A stretch of DNA of 64,000 nt from Patescibacteria group bacterium (GTDB lineage: Bacteria; Patescibacteriota; Microgenomatia; UBA12405). Below, in pieces: positions 34,162-44,787 of this stretch. The stretch is taken from contig WARW01000002.1 of the NCBI GenBank assembly GCA_013387215.1, positions 3,659 through 67,658 of the forward strand, given 5' to 3'. The notes under the pieces were generated by a model that was given only the letters and a program-made list of their open reading frames with translations, was not told the origin of the DNA and searched no databases. A program made the position numbers and the translations under genes. How positions within the stretch are numbered: the stretch's first letter is position 1; each line of letters begins with the position of its first letter.

Positions 34162-36996
34162 ATGGATAGAATAATGCCAGATGCTGATATTGAAAAATAT
34201 GACGGAATAGATGGCGTGGTCAAAAGCTTGGTAAAAGTTCAATCAGAAAATATTGACCTAGAATCACAGCCAACTTTGTGTGACGTTTTAAGAAGAATTT
34301 TTATTAGAGAGGGAATAAAAGATGTAGAGATAAATAATAAAAATATTGATCTTATTATTGATAAATTATCGAATTTTGATGAGTCAGTTTCTAAAAAGGA
34401 AAATGAATTGTTGAAAAAAGCAGCTAATAAAAAAGAAGAATTGGAAACAAAAACAGAGGGTTCGGTGGTTCCAGTAGCTGTAATCAGAAAATTGGTGGGG
34501 GAATATCAATTATATTTAGATAATGAAGTATCAGAAGAAGAAGCATTGAAACTAGTGGAAAAAAGGAATAAAAATGTTGTCTCTAAAAAAAATGTTGAAA
34601 CCTTAATTAAACGGCAAAGAGAGATGTATTGGGAGAATTTAAAAGCGATTCAGAATTTTAAAGCAGAAAGTGAAGGTCGACCTAAATCGGAAGATGTGAT
34701 TTTAATGAAGGCTGACGAAAAGAAAGATGAAAATGCCAGTAATCTTGAGAAAAAGATGGCGATGACTTTGGCAGAAGAGCAATTGGTGTTAGAAGAAACG
34801 ATTGAGGGTCAGATTAGTGGTGTAGAAGCAGAAGAATTGAGTCGTAAGATTTTTGAAAAAGTGGTGATTCCTGGAATCTTTAATGATAATGGAACTTTAG
34901 ACGTTAAAAAAATATTAGAGTTTGCCAAACAAACTGATGGGTTAGATATTAATTCTGAAAGACAAGAATTATTAGTGGAAACTGTAAGTAAAGTAAATAA
35001 TTCTTTAGATATAAATATTAAAATCGATCAGGAAGCTGATAGGGTGATGGAAATAGTAATGGGTACTTTTAAAAGTGATGAAACACTTGAGGAAGTTTTT
35101 GAAAAACAAGAAGAAGCAATTCGAGTTTCTGTGGTAAGAATGGTGGAAAGAACTATAGATGATAGAACCTTAAATACTAATACTGAGGTTGAAAGAACAA
35201 TAAGCGAAATAAAAAGTTTATACAAAGAAAGTACTGGTTTGGATTTAGATCCAAGTTTAGATCTTAAAATGGAAACAGCGATCAAAGGGGCAGCAGTTGA
35301 GGTGGAAAATTGGATTGGCTCTAGAGCAGAGGAAATAAATCGTTATCGAACTGAAAAATTAAGCAACACTATTTATACAAAAATTATTTATCAGAATCCG
35401 GATATCAGCCAGGCAAAAAAAACGGCAGTCAAAGAATATGGAGATTTGGTATCAAATATTTATTATTACAAATCGGAAATAGAAAGGCATAAAAATGAGG
35501 CAGTTGATAATGTATTATCAAAAGGATTTTCGCCAGAAAAAACTGCTAATGCTTACAGTGATTTGAGAGGTTTATATTCTATTTTAAAAATGAATCCCGG
35601 TGATTTTAATGGCCTTATTTATAAATATCGGCAATTAAAATTTGAGTTGAAAGGAATTGAACTGCCGTATGAAATTAAGGAATTAAAATCTTTTGAAGGT
35701 TTAATGTCTTTAGCTTCAGAAGTCCCTGAAGTAAAAAACTTAATTAATTTCACCCAAAAATATATTAAAGTTTACGATACAGTTAATGCAATATCGGGCG
35801 GGTTTTTGGAAAAATTGGGTCTTAAACAATTGGGGATGTCGGCATTAGATTCGGTTGGTGGTCAAGCGATGAGTAAATTTGTGACCAGTTCTTTGGAAGT
35901 ATTTGCTGAGCAGGGTGTAAAGAAAGGAGCATGGGCGATTTTGAAAGGAATTATAAGCGGGGGAGTTGAGGTTGGAGCTGGGGCAGCAGAAGGAGCCGCT
36001 GGGGCAGCCGCGACTGGAGGTGTGGCAGGGGCAGTGGCAGCATTTCAAGCGATTCCAGTGGTCGGACAGGTAATTTTAATTGTGGTTGTGGTTGTGGTGG
36101 CACTTATAAAAATAATTAAACCAGTAATTAAAATTGCTACTTCAGTTTTAAAAGCAATGGGAGTTGATTTTGATAAAATGAAGGCGTTTTTTCAGGAATA
36201 CTTAGGGGGATTTTTTGGGGGAATACTTAGTTGGGGGGTAAAAACAGGAATATTAATAATTAGTATTCCAGCGGCTTTGTCTATGGTTTCAATATCAGCA
36301 GTTGTCGGGCCAGTGGTGATATTTTTAATGATTGGACTTTTTGCTTATACAACTTTAAACGGAAACTTAGTGTCTTCTTTAGTGCCACCAGTAAGAATGG
36401 GCGGTGGACAAAATCAATCAACTGCACCAGGTGGTGTACTGGTTCCAGGAGAAAATAATGATTTTACAGGGGAGTGTAGCGTGGGACAATATGTTCAATT
36501 AACACGACAATGCGATCCAGCTTGGGCTAATATGAGTTTGCCCGGGGGTTGCACAATTTGTTATGCAGGGTGCGGACCAACAAGTGTATCGATGATTTTG
36601 CAACGTCAAAGTCCCGATAATACGGTCGTTAATTTATTAAAAGATCCGATATACAGCAGTGTTGATTGTAATGGGTCAGGCATGGATCAACATGAAAAAA
36701 TATTAAGAAAGTATTTGGGCGATGATGCTATAAGTTATGGTTCATCATCACTTTGTACTCCTAAAGATATTGCCAGTTGGATATGTGATGGAAAAATAGT
36801 TTTGGTAGCGGCTCAGTTTTTTAATTCTAAAGGCACTGGCGGTCATTTTGTTTTAGGGGTGGCGGTTGATGGGGGACAGATAGTAACGGCTGATCCATAT
36901 TATGGAACTAGAAGTCCTTTTGATGGAGATACTAGCTATGGACATGTTGATTTAAGTCAAGATATTTGGTGTTTATTAGTTGATCCAAAAAAATAA
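34162..36996 (+). CDS. Large membrane protein with C-terminal C39-like cysteine peptidase domain
   Basis: Helical N-terminus, Gly/Ala-rich and TM segments, then QCDP.W...GCGPTS...GHFV...DPY. Confidence 0.75.
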   Translation: MDRIMPDADIEKYDGIDGVVKSLVKVQSENIDLESQPTLCDVLRRIFIREGIKDVEINNKNIDLIIDKLSNFDESVSKKENELLKKAANKKEELETKTEGSVVPVAVIRKLVGEYQLYLDNEVSEEEALKLVEKRNKNVVSKKNVETLIKRQREMYWENLKAIQNFKAESEGRPKSEDVILMKADEKKDENASNLEKKMAMTLAEEQLVLEETIEGQISGVEAEELSRKIFEKVVIPGIFNDNGTLDVKKILEFAKQTDGLDINSERQELLVETVSKVNNSLDINIKIDQEADRVMEIVMGTFKSDETLEEVFEKQEEAIRVSVVRMVERTIDDRTLNTNTEVERTISEIKSLYKESTGLDLDPSLDLKMETAIKGAAVEVENWIGSRAEEINRYRTEKLSNTIYTKIIYQNPDISQAKKTAVKEYGDLVSNIYYYKSEIERHKNEAVDNVLSKGFSPEKTANAYSDLRGLYSILKMNPGDFNGLIYKYRQLKFELKGIELPYEIKELKSFEGLMSLASEVPEVKNLINFTQKYIKVYDTVNAISGGFLEKLGLKQLGMSALDSVGGQAMSKFVTSSLEVFAEQGVKKGAWAILKGIISGGVEVGAGAAEGAAGAAATGGVAGAVAAFQAIPVVGQVILIVVVVVVALIKIIKPVIKIATSVLKAMGVDFDKMKAFFQEYLGGFFGGILSWGVKTGILIISIPAALSMVSISAVVGPVVIFLMIGLFAYTTLNGNLVSSLVPPVRMGGGQNQSTAPGGVLVPGENNDFTGECSVGQYVQLTRQCDPAWANMSLPGGCTICYAGCGPTSVSMILQRQSPDNTVVNLLKDPIYSSVDCNGSGMDQHEKILRKYLGDDAISYGSSSLCTPKDIASWICDGKIVLVAAQFFNSKGTGGHFVLGVAVDGGQIVTADPYYGTRSPFDGDTSYGHVDLSQDIWCLLVDPKK

Positions 36997-36997
36997 A

Positions 36998-37408
36998 ATG
37001 ATTAATAAAAAATACCTGATTATAGGGTTAATAGCAGTGGGTTTAATATTATTAATATATTCTATATTTAATAGGTCAAGTAAAAATATTAAATCTCCAG
37101 ATTCAGGTCCTGTTCCAACTGTGAAAGTTAATTTAGATCCAACAAAAAACAGGGGAAGTTTGGACCCTGATAATATTTTTCCGACTGTGCCACCTAAGAT
37201 TCAAGCAGAAGCAGAAGCAATAAGAAGTTTGAGAAATAGATCGCCTTTTAGCCAAAATAATTTTACGGTGAAATATGACTACCATATTAATAAATTTGTA
37301 ATTACTTTTTCTGACGGTAAAAATGCTAATAATATTGCAAAATTTAATAAATGGTTAAAAGACAATAATTACGGAGCAATTTCTTCAATCTATTTCAACT
37401 TTCCATAA
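36998..37408 (+). CDS. Small membrane-anchored hypothetical protein
   Basis: N-terminal TM and Pro-rich linker; translationally coupled to the previous gene. Confidence 0.7.
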   Translation: MINKKYLIIGLIAVGLILLIYSIFNRSSKNIKSPDSGPVPTVKVNLDPTKNRGSLDPDNIFPTVPPKIQAEAEAIRSLRNRSPFSQNNFTVKYDYHINKFVITFSDGKNANNIAKFNKWLKDNNYGAISSIYFNFP

Positions 37409-37451
37409 TGTTAAAATAGATAGTTAATTAAAATTTATAATTTTTTAAATT

Positions 37452-37700
37452 ATGTTTGATAAAGCAAAAATGATGGCTCAAGCTTTGAAATTAAAAAAAG
37501 CTGTTGAAGCCGAAATAGTAGAAATTGAAGAAAACGGAATTAAAGTTACCGTTAGCGGTGATCAAAAAGTAAGATTCTTGTCGGTAAACGGTGTAGAAAA
37601 TAAAATTTTAGTTGAAACAATTAATAAAGCCATGAAAAAGTCTCAAGAAGCTGCTGCCAGAAAAATGAAAGATATGGGTGGTCTTGAGGGTTTGTTTTAA
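37452..37700 (+). CDS. ybaB: YbaB/EbfC nucleoid-associated protein
   Basis: I.V.VSGDQ...IN.A; precedes recR. Confidence 0.85.
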   Translation: MFDKAKMMAQALKLKKAVEAEIVEIEENGIKVTVSGDQKVRFLSVNGVENKILVETINKAMKKSQEAAARKMKDMGGLEGLF

Positions 37701-37701
37701 T

Positions 37702-38325
37702 ATGGCAGAATTCCCAATAGGCATCAAAAACTTAATCGCTACTTTTGAAAGATTGCCGGGTATTGGGCCAAAAAGTGCTACCAGATTGGTGTTTTATCTT
37801 TTAAATACTCCGGAAAACTATGTGGCGGAAATGGCTAGACTTTTGGTGGCATTAAAAAAAGATATAAAAATTTGTAAAAATTGTTTTTCGGTAAGCGAGA
37901 AAGATTTGTGTCCGATTTGTGAGGATGAAAAAAGAGATAAAATGACGATTTGTGTGGTGGAAAGGGCGATTGATGTGATGGCAATTGAAAATGTTGGCGG
38001 ATATAAGGGTATTTATCATGTTTTGGGAGGAGTCATAAATCCTTTGGATCATGTTAGCCCGGATGATTTGAAAATTTACCAACTAATTGAAAGAATCAAG
38101 AAAATAAAACAAGAGAACAAGGAAAAAAATCTGGAAATAATTTTAGCTACTAATCCAACCATGGAAGGCGAGGCTACGGCGTTGTATATAAAAAAGAGAA
38201 TTGTGGAAATTGATGATCAAATTAAAATCAGTCGTATCGGCAGCGGTTTGCCAATGGGGGCCGATTTGGAATATGCTGATCAAGCAACTTTAAGCAGGGC
38301 TTTGGACGGAAGAAGAAACCTCTAA
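37702..38325 (+). CDS. recR: Recombination mediator RecR
   Basis: LPGIGPKSA, C4 zinc finger, YHVLGG, NPTMEGEATA. Confidence 0.96.
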   Translation: MAEFPIGIKNLIATFERLPGIGPKSATRLVFYLLNTPENYVAEMARLLVALKKDIKICKNCFSVSEKDLCPICEDEKRDKMTICVVERAIDVMAIENVGGYKGIYHVLGGVINPLDHVSPDDLKIYQLIERIKKIKQENKEKNLEIILATNPTMEGEATALYIKKRIVEIDDQIKISRIGSGLPMGADLEYADQATLSRALDGRRNL

Positions 38326-38341
38326 ATGCTACAATGAATTT

Positions 38342-38815
38342 ATGAATCAATCGATTGCATCAGGTGTATTGAAAGGATTAGGAGAGCTGGGACAAGAAAC
38401 AGTGAAAAAAACAGTTGAGGAAGCGGGAAAAATAATCGAACCAATAATTTCTGCCCAAGATCTTTTAGGAAATATTTCAACGATGAGTGATGAGGAAATG
38501 AAAAGAGAACAAGCTGAAGATGAAAGAAAAAAACAAGAGGAAATTGCCAAATTAAAGGCAGAAATGGGACAAGGGCGGGATTTGGAGTCAGAAATTGAAA
38601 AGATTAGGCAAGAGCGAGAAGAAAAAGAAAGACAAGAAGAAAGGGTGGAAGAGGAAAAGGAAAGACAGGAAGAAATGGCGGAAGAGGGTGAAATTATTTT
38701 TGAACCAGAGACCAAAAAGAAAGGACCGGGAAGCGGAATGGCCAAAGGTCATCAGGGAAAAGCCAGTAATTCTGATATGTCGGCAACGGCGGAATATTAT
38801 AAAAAACCAGATTAA
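38342..38815 (+). CDS. Glu-rich hypothetical protein
   Basis: 157-aa charged coiled-coil-like ORF. Confidence 0.7.
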   Translation: MNQSIASGVLKGLGELGQETVKKTVEEAGKIIEPIISAQDLLGNISTMSDEEMKREQAEDERKKQEEIAKLKAEMGQGRDLESEIEKIRQEREEKERQEERVEEEKERQEEMAEEGEIIFEPETKKKGPGSGMAKGHQGKASNSDMSATAEYYKKPD

Positions 38816-38825
38816 GGTTTTTCTT

Positions 38826-38886
38826 GATTACATTTTTTTCTCACGTCAATGCGTCACCGCGTTGAAAGTTCGAAAAAAATGCAATC
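38826..38886. repeat. REP-like intergenic hairpin (copy B)
   Basis: Homologous to 32346-32405, with compensatory stem changes. Confidence 0.6.
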
Positions 38887-38992
38887 TGCGAAAATATTTA
38901 AAAAATCAGCAGGTTCAAAGCTCGAAAAAATCACAACTTCGAACTCTTTTTTTCAAGAAAACTTTGGATCTTAAGTTATAATAGAGTCAGAA

Positions 38993-40351
38993 ATGAAAGT
39001 TTATAACACCGCAACCAGACAAAAAGAGGAATTCAAGCCAATAAAAGATAATAAAGTGGGGATATATTCATGCGGACCAACAGTGTATTGGAATCAGCAT
39101 ATTGGAAACATGTATGCTTTTGTGAATTGGGATATTTTAGTTCGGGTTTTAAGATATTTGGGGTATGACGTGACTTGGGTTATGAATATTACGGATGTTG
39201 GCCACAACACTTCTGATGGTGACGAGGGTGAAGATAAAATGGAAAAAGGCGCTAAAAGAGAGGGAATTAGTCCTTGGGAAATTGCCAAAAAATACGAAGA
39301 ACAATTCATTGATAGTCTTAAAAAACTTAATGTGGTGATTCCAAATTATTTGCCAAAAGCAACTGAACATATTAATGAACAAATTGAACTCGCTTCAAAA
39401 ATGGAGAAAAGGGGATTTACTTATAAAACTAAAACCGGGTTGGTTTACGATACTTCAAAGTTCCCTGATTATGCTAAGTTTGCTAATTTGAAATTGGAAG
39501 AAATGGATGTGGGCAACAGGGTCGAAGTGGATGAGGAAAAGAAAAATCCTTGGGATTTTTTGCTGTGGATAACAAATCAGCCAAATCATATTATGAAATG
39601 GAACTCGCCTTGGGGTGAGGGTTTCCCTGGATGGCATTTAGAATGTACTGCCATGTCGACAAAATATTTAGGCGAACAATTTGATATTCATACCGGCGGA
39701 ATCGAACATATTGGCGTTCACCATACAAATGAAATTGCCCAAGCTTTTGGTGCTTTTGGCCACAATACGGCAAATTACTGGATGCATAATGCCTGGCTGA
39801 CTTTGAAAGAAGGCAAGATGAGTAAATCTTTAGGAAATGTTTACACGGTTCAACAACTCGAAGAAATGGGTTATGATCCATTAGCTTTAAGATATTTAAT
39901 AGTATCGACTCATTATAGAAGCGGACTGGTGTTTTCATTGGATTCTTTGAAGGCGGCCGAAGTTTCTTTAAATAAATTAAGAAGTTTTCGAGTGGAAAAT
40001 GCAGGTTCAAAAGTTAATGAAGAATTAAGAAATGAATTTGTGGCCGCTATTTCTAATGATATTGCTATGCCAGAGGCGATGGCGGTGGTTTGGAAAACAG
40101 TGAAATCAAACCTAAATCCTGAAGAAAAATGGGCAACTTTATTAGATTTTGATAAGGTTTTAGGATTGGAATTGGATAAAGAAATAAAAGAAGAAGAAAT
40201 ACCGGAAGAAATCACTAAATTGGCGGAAGAGAGAATTAAAGCCAAACAGGAGAAAAATTGGGAAGAATCTGATAGACTAAGGGGTATTATAAAAAATAAG
40301 GGATATCTTGTTGAAGATTTAAAAGATAGTTATAAAATAAAAAAGATCTAA
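38993..40351 (+). CDS. cysS: Cysteine-tRNA ligase
   Basis: CGPTVY, HIGN, PGWHLEC, KMSKS. Confidence 0.97.
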   Translation: MKVYNTATRQKEEFKPIKDNKVGIYSCGPTVYWNQHIGNMYAFVNWDILVRVLRYLGYDVTWVMNITDVGHNTSDGDEGEDKMEKGAKREGISPWEIAKKYEEQFIDSLKKLNVVIPNYLPKATEHINEQIELASKMEKRGFTYKTKTGLVYDTSKFPDYAKFANLKLEEMDVGNRVEVDEEKKNPWDFLLWITNQPNHIMKWNSPWGEGFPGWHLECTAMSTKYLGEQFDIHTGGIEHIGVHHTNEIAQAFGAFGHNTANYWMHNAWLTLKEGKMSKSLGNVYTVQQLEEMGYDPLALRYLIVSTHYRSGLVFSLDSLKAAEVSLNKLRSFRVENAGSKVNEELRNEFVAAISNDIAMPEAMAVVWKTVKSNLNPEEKWATLLDFDKVLGLELDKEIKEEEIPEEITKLAEERIKAKQEKNWEESDRLRGIIKNKGYLVEDLKDSYKIKKI

Positions 40352-40420
40352 AATATATACTATTTTAAGGAAAATAAGGTAATTGCCAAAAAAAAGTTAT
40401 TATGTTAATCTAGTGAGTTC

Positions 40421-40714
40421 ATGAAAGGAAGTAATAAATATCAATACCAAATGGTTACGGTTTTAAATCCAAAAACCGAAGATAAAGACAAAACATTAAA
40501 TAAAATGTTTTCTTGGATAGAAAACAATAAAGCTGAAATTACCAATAAAGATCATATGGGTTCCAAGGATCTCGTATACAAAATTGGCGATCAAAGCAAA
40601 GGTGATTTTTGGGTTTTTGACGTTGAAGCGTCTGAACCTTTAAAATTAAAAGAACTTAATTTGTTGTTGAATCGAGAAACAAATGTTATTCGTTATTTAA
40701 TTTTGAAAAAGTAA
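40421..40714 (+). CDS. rpsF: 30S ribosomal protein S6
   Basis: S6 pattern (G.K.L.Y.I, VIRYL); rpsF-ssb-rpsR order. Confidence 0.85.
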   Translation: MKGSNKYQYQMVTVLNPKTEDKDKTLNKMFSWIENNKAEITNKDHMGSKDLVYKIGDQSKGDFWVFDVEASEPLKLKELNLLLNRETNVIRYLILKK

Positions 40715-40723
40715 GGAGAATAT

Positions 40724-41233
40724 ATGCCTAGTCGTTGTCTTAATAGAGTAATGTTAATCGGTAACTTAACTCGTGATCCTGAGTTAAGATACACCCCAGC
40801 CGGAATGGCAGTCGCATCTTTCGGTTTAGCTACTAATCGTGTTTGGGTGACCAAACAAGGTGAGCGAAAAGAAGATGCTCAATTCCACAGAATTGTTGCC
40901 TGGAATAAATTAGCTGAATTGTGTGCCCAATTATTATCAAAAGGCCGAAGAATTTATGTTGATGGTAGAATTCAATACCGAGAATTCAACGATCAAGATA
41001 ACAACAAAAAACAAATTGCTGAAATAGTTATCGACGATATGATTATTTTAGATAACAAAGGTGCTGGTTCTGACCACCCAATGGCAAATGATTTTGCTGA
41101 ATCTGATATTGCACCTCAAGGCGGAGCCGATATGGGTCAAGGAATGATCGATGATATCGTTATCCCAGATGATGTTGTTGATGCTGAACCACAAGTTAAA
41201 GATAAAAAGGAAGACGAAGAAATTCCATTTTAG
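40724..41233 (+). CDS. ssb: Single-stranded DNA-binding protein
   Basis: NRVMLIGNLTRDPELRYT and acidic C-terminal EEIPF. Confidence 0.97.
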   Translation: MPSRCLNRVMLIGNLTRDPELRYTPAGMAVASFGLATNRVWVTKQGERKEDAQFHRIVAWNKLAELCAQLLSKGRRIYVDGRIQYREFNDQDNNKKQIAEIVIDDMIILDNKGAGSDHPMANDFAESDIAPQGGADMGQGMIDDIVIPDDVVDAEPQVKDKKEDEEIPF

Positions 41234-41247
41234 TTTAGGAGATAAAT

Positions 41248-41499
41248 ATGATTAAAAAGAAAAAAGACGCCATAATGGCTGCAAAGAAAAAAGGACGAGA
41301 TACTGCTTGTGCTTTTTGTAAATCAAAAACCGTTCCTACATGGCAAGATTACGAAAAGTTACGAGAATTTCTTTCTCCAAGAGCAAGAATAATGGGATCA
41401 CAATTCACTGGTATTTGTTCTAAACACCAAAGAAGATTGTCCCAGGCAATTAAACATGCCAGACATTTAGCTTTGTTGCCTTTTACAACTCAGCAATAA
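41248..41499 (+). CDS. rpsR: 30S ribosomal protein S18
   Basis: C.FC, TG.C.KHQR, AIKHARHLALLP. Confidence 0.95.
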   Translation: MIKKKKDAIMAAKKKGRDTACAFCKSKTVPTWQDYEKLREFLSPRARIMGSQFTGICSKHQRRLSQAIKHARHLALLPFTTQQ

Positions 41500-41523
41500 A
41501 TAAAATCTAGTTTTGAATTTTAA

Positions 41524-41550
41524 TCCCTCCTTAAAAAGGAGGGATTTTTT
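41524..41550 (+). terminator. Terminator after rpsR
   Basis: TCCCTCC-TTAAAAA-GGAGGGA followed by T6. Confidence 0.75.
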
Positions 41551-41571
41551 GTGGTATACATATTAAGTACG

Positions 41572-42318
41572 ATGAAACAAAAATTAAAAGCCCATTTTGG
41601 GATTCCATTAAATAGTGATACTAAATTACATGTAAGTGAAGGGAATTTAGTGAATAAAGGCGAAAAACTAATTTCTTTTCCAACAGTAGAAGTTAAAGTT
41701 TACAGTGATCCCAAATTAAAGAAACTTTCCAGCCAGGTTTTAGATCAGATAAATCAGGAATTAAAAGGAAAAACAGTTAAAAAAAATGACACTTTGTACA
41801 AAAGCAAAGGGTTATTTTCAACAATTATTTTAGTGCCTCAAGATGGAATTTTTTTGGGAATTGATGAATTTGGAAATATTCAAATTGAATTATCCAACAA
41901 TGAAGAAAAAGAAGTGAAGTCGCCAGTAAAAGCAATAGTTTCTAAAATTGATGATGAAAAAATAACTTTGGAATTTGATGCAGTTGAGTTTAAAGGAGAG
42001 GGTTTAATTGAAGGAAAAGCTTGGGGAGATACTGATTTGAAAATTATAGACAAACTGGTTGATTTAAATTACGAATATGACGGAAATGTAATTTTAAGCA
42101 GAGAGATTTCTCAGACCTTTTTAACTAAAGCAGAAGTATTAGGGGTGACTGCTGTGATAACTGATAATAAAGAAATTGCCCAAAATAATCTTGATACAAA
42201 TCTGCCAATTTTATTTTTAGAAAACAATGAATGGAATGAATTGTTTGAGTATGGCGGAGAAAAAAGGCAAGTACTTCTGAACTCTAAGTCTGGAAGACTT
42301 TTAATAGTGATAGAATAG
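41572..42318 (+). CDS. Hypothetical protein (barrel-sandwich hybrid-like motifs)
   Basis: V.EG..V.KGE.L motif and KSPV.A.V; function unknown. Confidence 0.65.
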   Translation: MKQKLKAHFGIPLNSDTKLHVSEGNLVNKGEKLISFPTVEVKVYSDPKLKKLSSQVLDQINQELKGKTVKKNDTLYKSKGLFSTIILVPQDGIFLGIDEFGNIQIELSNNEEKEVKSPVKAIVSKIDDEKITLEFDAVEFKGEGLIEGKAWGDTDLKIIDKLVDLNYEYDGNVILSREISQTFLTKAEVLGVTAVITDNKEIAQNNLDTNLPILFLENNEWNELFEYGGEKRQVLLNSKSGRLLIVIE

Positions 42319-42326
42319 ATAATACC

Positions 42327-43532
42327 ATGAAAATGAAGAACATCAGAAATTTAACCCTATCTTTGGCTATATTAGCAATTGTTTCCATCATTAGTTTTAA
42401 GATGGGCCAGAATAGTTCTTTGGTTGGAGCAGGCGAGAGCGGTCAATTGAATTTGAATTTAATGTGGCAAGTGAAAAACAAATTGTCCCAAATGTATTTA
42501 GACAAGAGCAAAATCGATGATAGAAAAATGGAATATGGAGCGATACAAGGCATGGTAGCATCGCTAGATGATCCGTACACGGTATTTTTGCCTCCTGATC
42601 AAAATAAGAGCTCTAATGAAGATTTAGCGGGTCAGTTTGGAGGGGTGGGAATTTCTTTAGGCTATAATAAAGATAATATTTTGGCGGTTATGGCACCGGT
42701 GGCTGGAAGCCCAGCTGAAAAAGCGGGAATTAAAGCAGGTGATTTGATTTTGAAAATAACTGATAAAGCAAATAATGTTGATAAAGATACTAATGGAATG
42801 GCACTTGATGAGGCGGTTAAATTAATCAGAGGTAAAGTTGGGACAGATGTTACTTTGAAAATATTCAGAGATGGCAGTAAGGATACAAAAGACATAACTC
42901 TAAAAAGAGATAATATCGTAGTTCCAAGTGTGACTTTGAATTGGAAAGAACAGAACGGTAAAAAAGTGGCTTGGGTCCAATTATCAAAGTTTACGGATGA
43001 ATTATACAAACAATGGCCAGAAACTATCGCTAAAATCAAAAAAGAAGGTGGCAATAATTATGGCGGCATAGTTTTGGATTTACGTAATAATCCAGGTGGA
43101 TTTTTACAGGCTAGTGTAATGGTGGGTTCAGATTTTGTTTCTGACGGTGTAATCGTTAAACAACAAAATTATGATGGTACAACTCAAACATATAACGTTG
43201 ATTCGGCTAGAAGACAACTTTTGAATGATCCATTGGTGGTTTTAGTAAACGGCGGGTCAGCTTCAGCTGCAGAAATTTTAGCAGGTGCATTGAAAGATCA
43301 TGGCCGAGCTAAACTTGTGGGAGTTAAAACTTTTGGAAAAGGAACTGTCCAACAACCAGAAGATTTTAGTGACGGCAGCGGACTTCATATTACAATCGCT
43401 AAATGGTTATTGCCAGACGGAAGCAATATCCATAAAGTCGGAATTAATCCTGATGTAGAGATTAAAGAGGATTCAAATTCTAAGGATGATGTCCAATTAA
43501 ATAAGGCAATCGATGTCTTACTTAATAAATAA
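42327..43532 (+). CDS. S41 carboxyl-terminal processing protease
   Basis: LDDPYT, PDZ domain, DLRNNPGG, SASAAEI, TFGKG. Confidence 0.93.
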   Translation: MKMKNIRNLTLSLAILAIVSIISFKMGQNSSLVGAGESGQLNLNLMWQVKNKLSQMYLDKSKIDDRKMEYGAIQGMVASLDDPYTVFLPPDQNKSSNEDLAGQFGGVGISLGYNKDNILAVMAPVAGSPAEKAGIKAGDLILKITDKANNVDKDTNGMALDEAVKLIRGKVGTDVTLKIFRDGSKDTKDITLKRDNIVVPSVTLNWKEQNGKKVAWVQLSKFTDELYKQWPETIAKIKKEGGNNYGGIVLDLRNNPGGFLQASVMVGSDFVSDGVIVKQQNYDGTTQTYNVDSARRQLLNDPLVVLVNGGSASAAEILAGALKDHGRAKLVGVKTFGKGTVQQPEDFSDGSGLHITIAKWLLPDGSNIHKVGINPDVEIKEDSNSKDDVQLNKAIDVLLNK

Positions 43533-43596
43533 TTCAGCTAATTTTCAGCTTGTTAAGTTTTAATAAAGCAATCAATTATTATTTATAATAATTAAT

Positions 43597-44787
43597 ATGG
43601 ATATAAAAACATTCAGAGGATTATTACTTGGTTTATTTATTGGTTTGATGGCTGCAGGAATGGTGGTAACCGGGGCAATAATTGATAAAACTGTTGGGTT
43701 TCCATTTTTAAATAAAATAATTGGTGATAAAAACAATTCAACCGTCAGCACGACTTTAAAACAAGAAACTTTAGATCAAGAATCAGTGGTAACAAGAGTG
43801 GTGGAACAGGCAACCCCAAGTGTAGTGACAGTATCGATTAGCAAGGTGAGCATGCCAACCAATGTTGATCCGTTTGGTTTAGATTTCTTAAATCAATTTT
43901 TTAATATTCCTAAAAATGATCAAAATGCTGAACCTCAAAAAATAGAGCAAGATATCGGCAGCGGTTTTATTATCAGTAATGATGGATTGATTGTGACAAA
44001 TAAACACGTGGTGGCTGATACAAGCGCAAAATATAAAGTGGTAATTGGCAAAGATCAGGTGGTGGATGTGGATCAAATTTATCGAGACCCAGTGAATGAT
44101 TTAGCCATATTAAAGGTAAATAAAACTGGCTTAAGTTCGGTGAATTTAGGTGATTCAGATAAGTTAAAAGTTGGTCAAACTGTGATTGCAATCGGAACTG
44201 CTTTGGGAGAATTCAGATCAACTGTAACGAGTGGAGTTATCTCTGGTTTAGGAAGAGGAATTACTGCTGGTTCTTCGATGGGAGGTTCAGAAAGACTTGA
44301 TAATGTGATCCAGACTGATGCAGCAATTAATCCAGGAAATTCTGGAGGTCCATTATTTGATTCCAGCGGCAAGGTGATCGGAGTAAATGTGGCAGTGTCT
44401 CAGGGAGGACAGGGAATTGGTTTTGCCCTGCCAATTAATTTAGTTAAACAATCAATTGATAATTTCAAAACTACCGGTGAATTTGACAGACCATATTTGG
44501 GGGTGGCTTATAAAATGATTTCTAAACAAGCCGCTCTTTTAAATGAAGTTCCAGCTGGTGCTTATGTACAAGAGGTGGCTGCTGGAAGTCCGGCTGAAAA
44601 AGCTGGAATTAAAACAGGCGATATTGTGACTGAAATTGATGGTAAAAAATTAAGCGATCAAGGTGCTGATACTTCTTTGGCCACAATCGTGAATACCAAA
44701 AAAATAGGGGATACGATCAGTTTGAAAATTTACCGAGACAATAAAGACCAAACAGTTCAAGTGAAATTAGAGAAGAGACAAAATTAA
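43597..44787 (+). CDS. HtrA/DegP-like serine protease with PDZ domain
   Basis: GSGFII, TNKHV, DLAILK, QTDAAINPGNSGGP. Confidence 0.95.
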   Translation: MDIKTFRGLLLGLFIGLMAAGMVVTGAIIDKTVGFPFLNKIIGDKNNSTVSTTLKQETLDQESVVTRVVEQATPSVVTVSISKVSMPTNVDPFGLDFLNQFFNIPKNDQNAEPQKIEQDIGSGFIISNDGLIVTNKHVVADTSAKYKVVIGKDQVVDVDQIYRDPVNDLAILKVNKTGLSSVNLGDSDKLKVGQTVIAIGTALGEFRSTVTSGVISGLGRGITAGSSMGGSERLDNVIQTDAAINPGNSGGPLFDSSGKVIGVNVAVSQGGQGIGFALPINLVKQSIDNFKTTGEFDRPYLGVAYKMISKQAALLNEVPAGAYVQEVAAGSPAEKAGIKTGDIVTEIDGKKLSDQGADTSLATIVNTKKIGDTISLKIYRDNKDQTVQVKLEKRQN

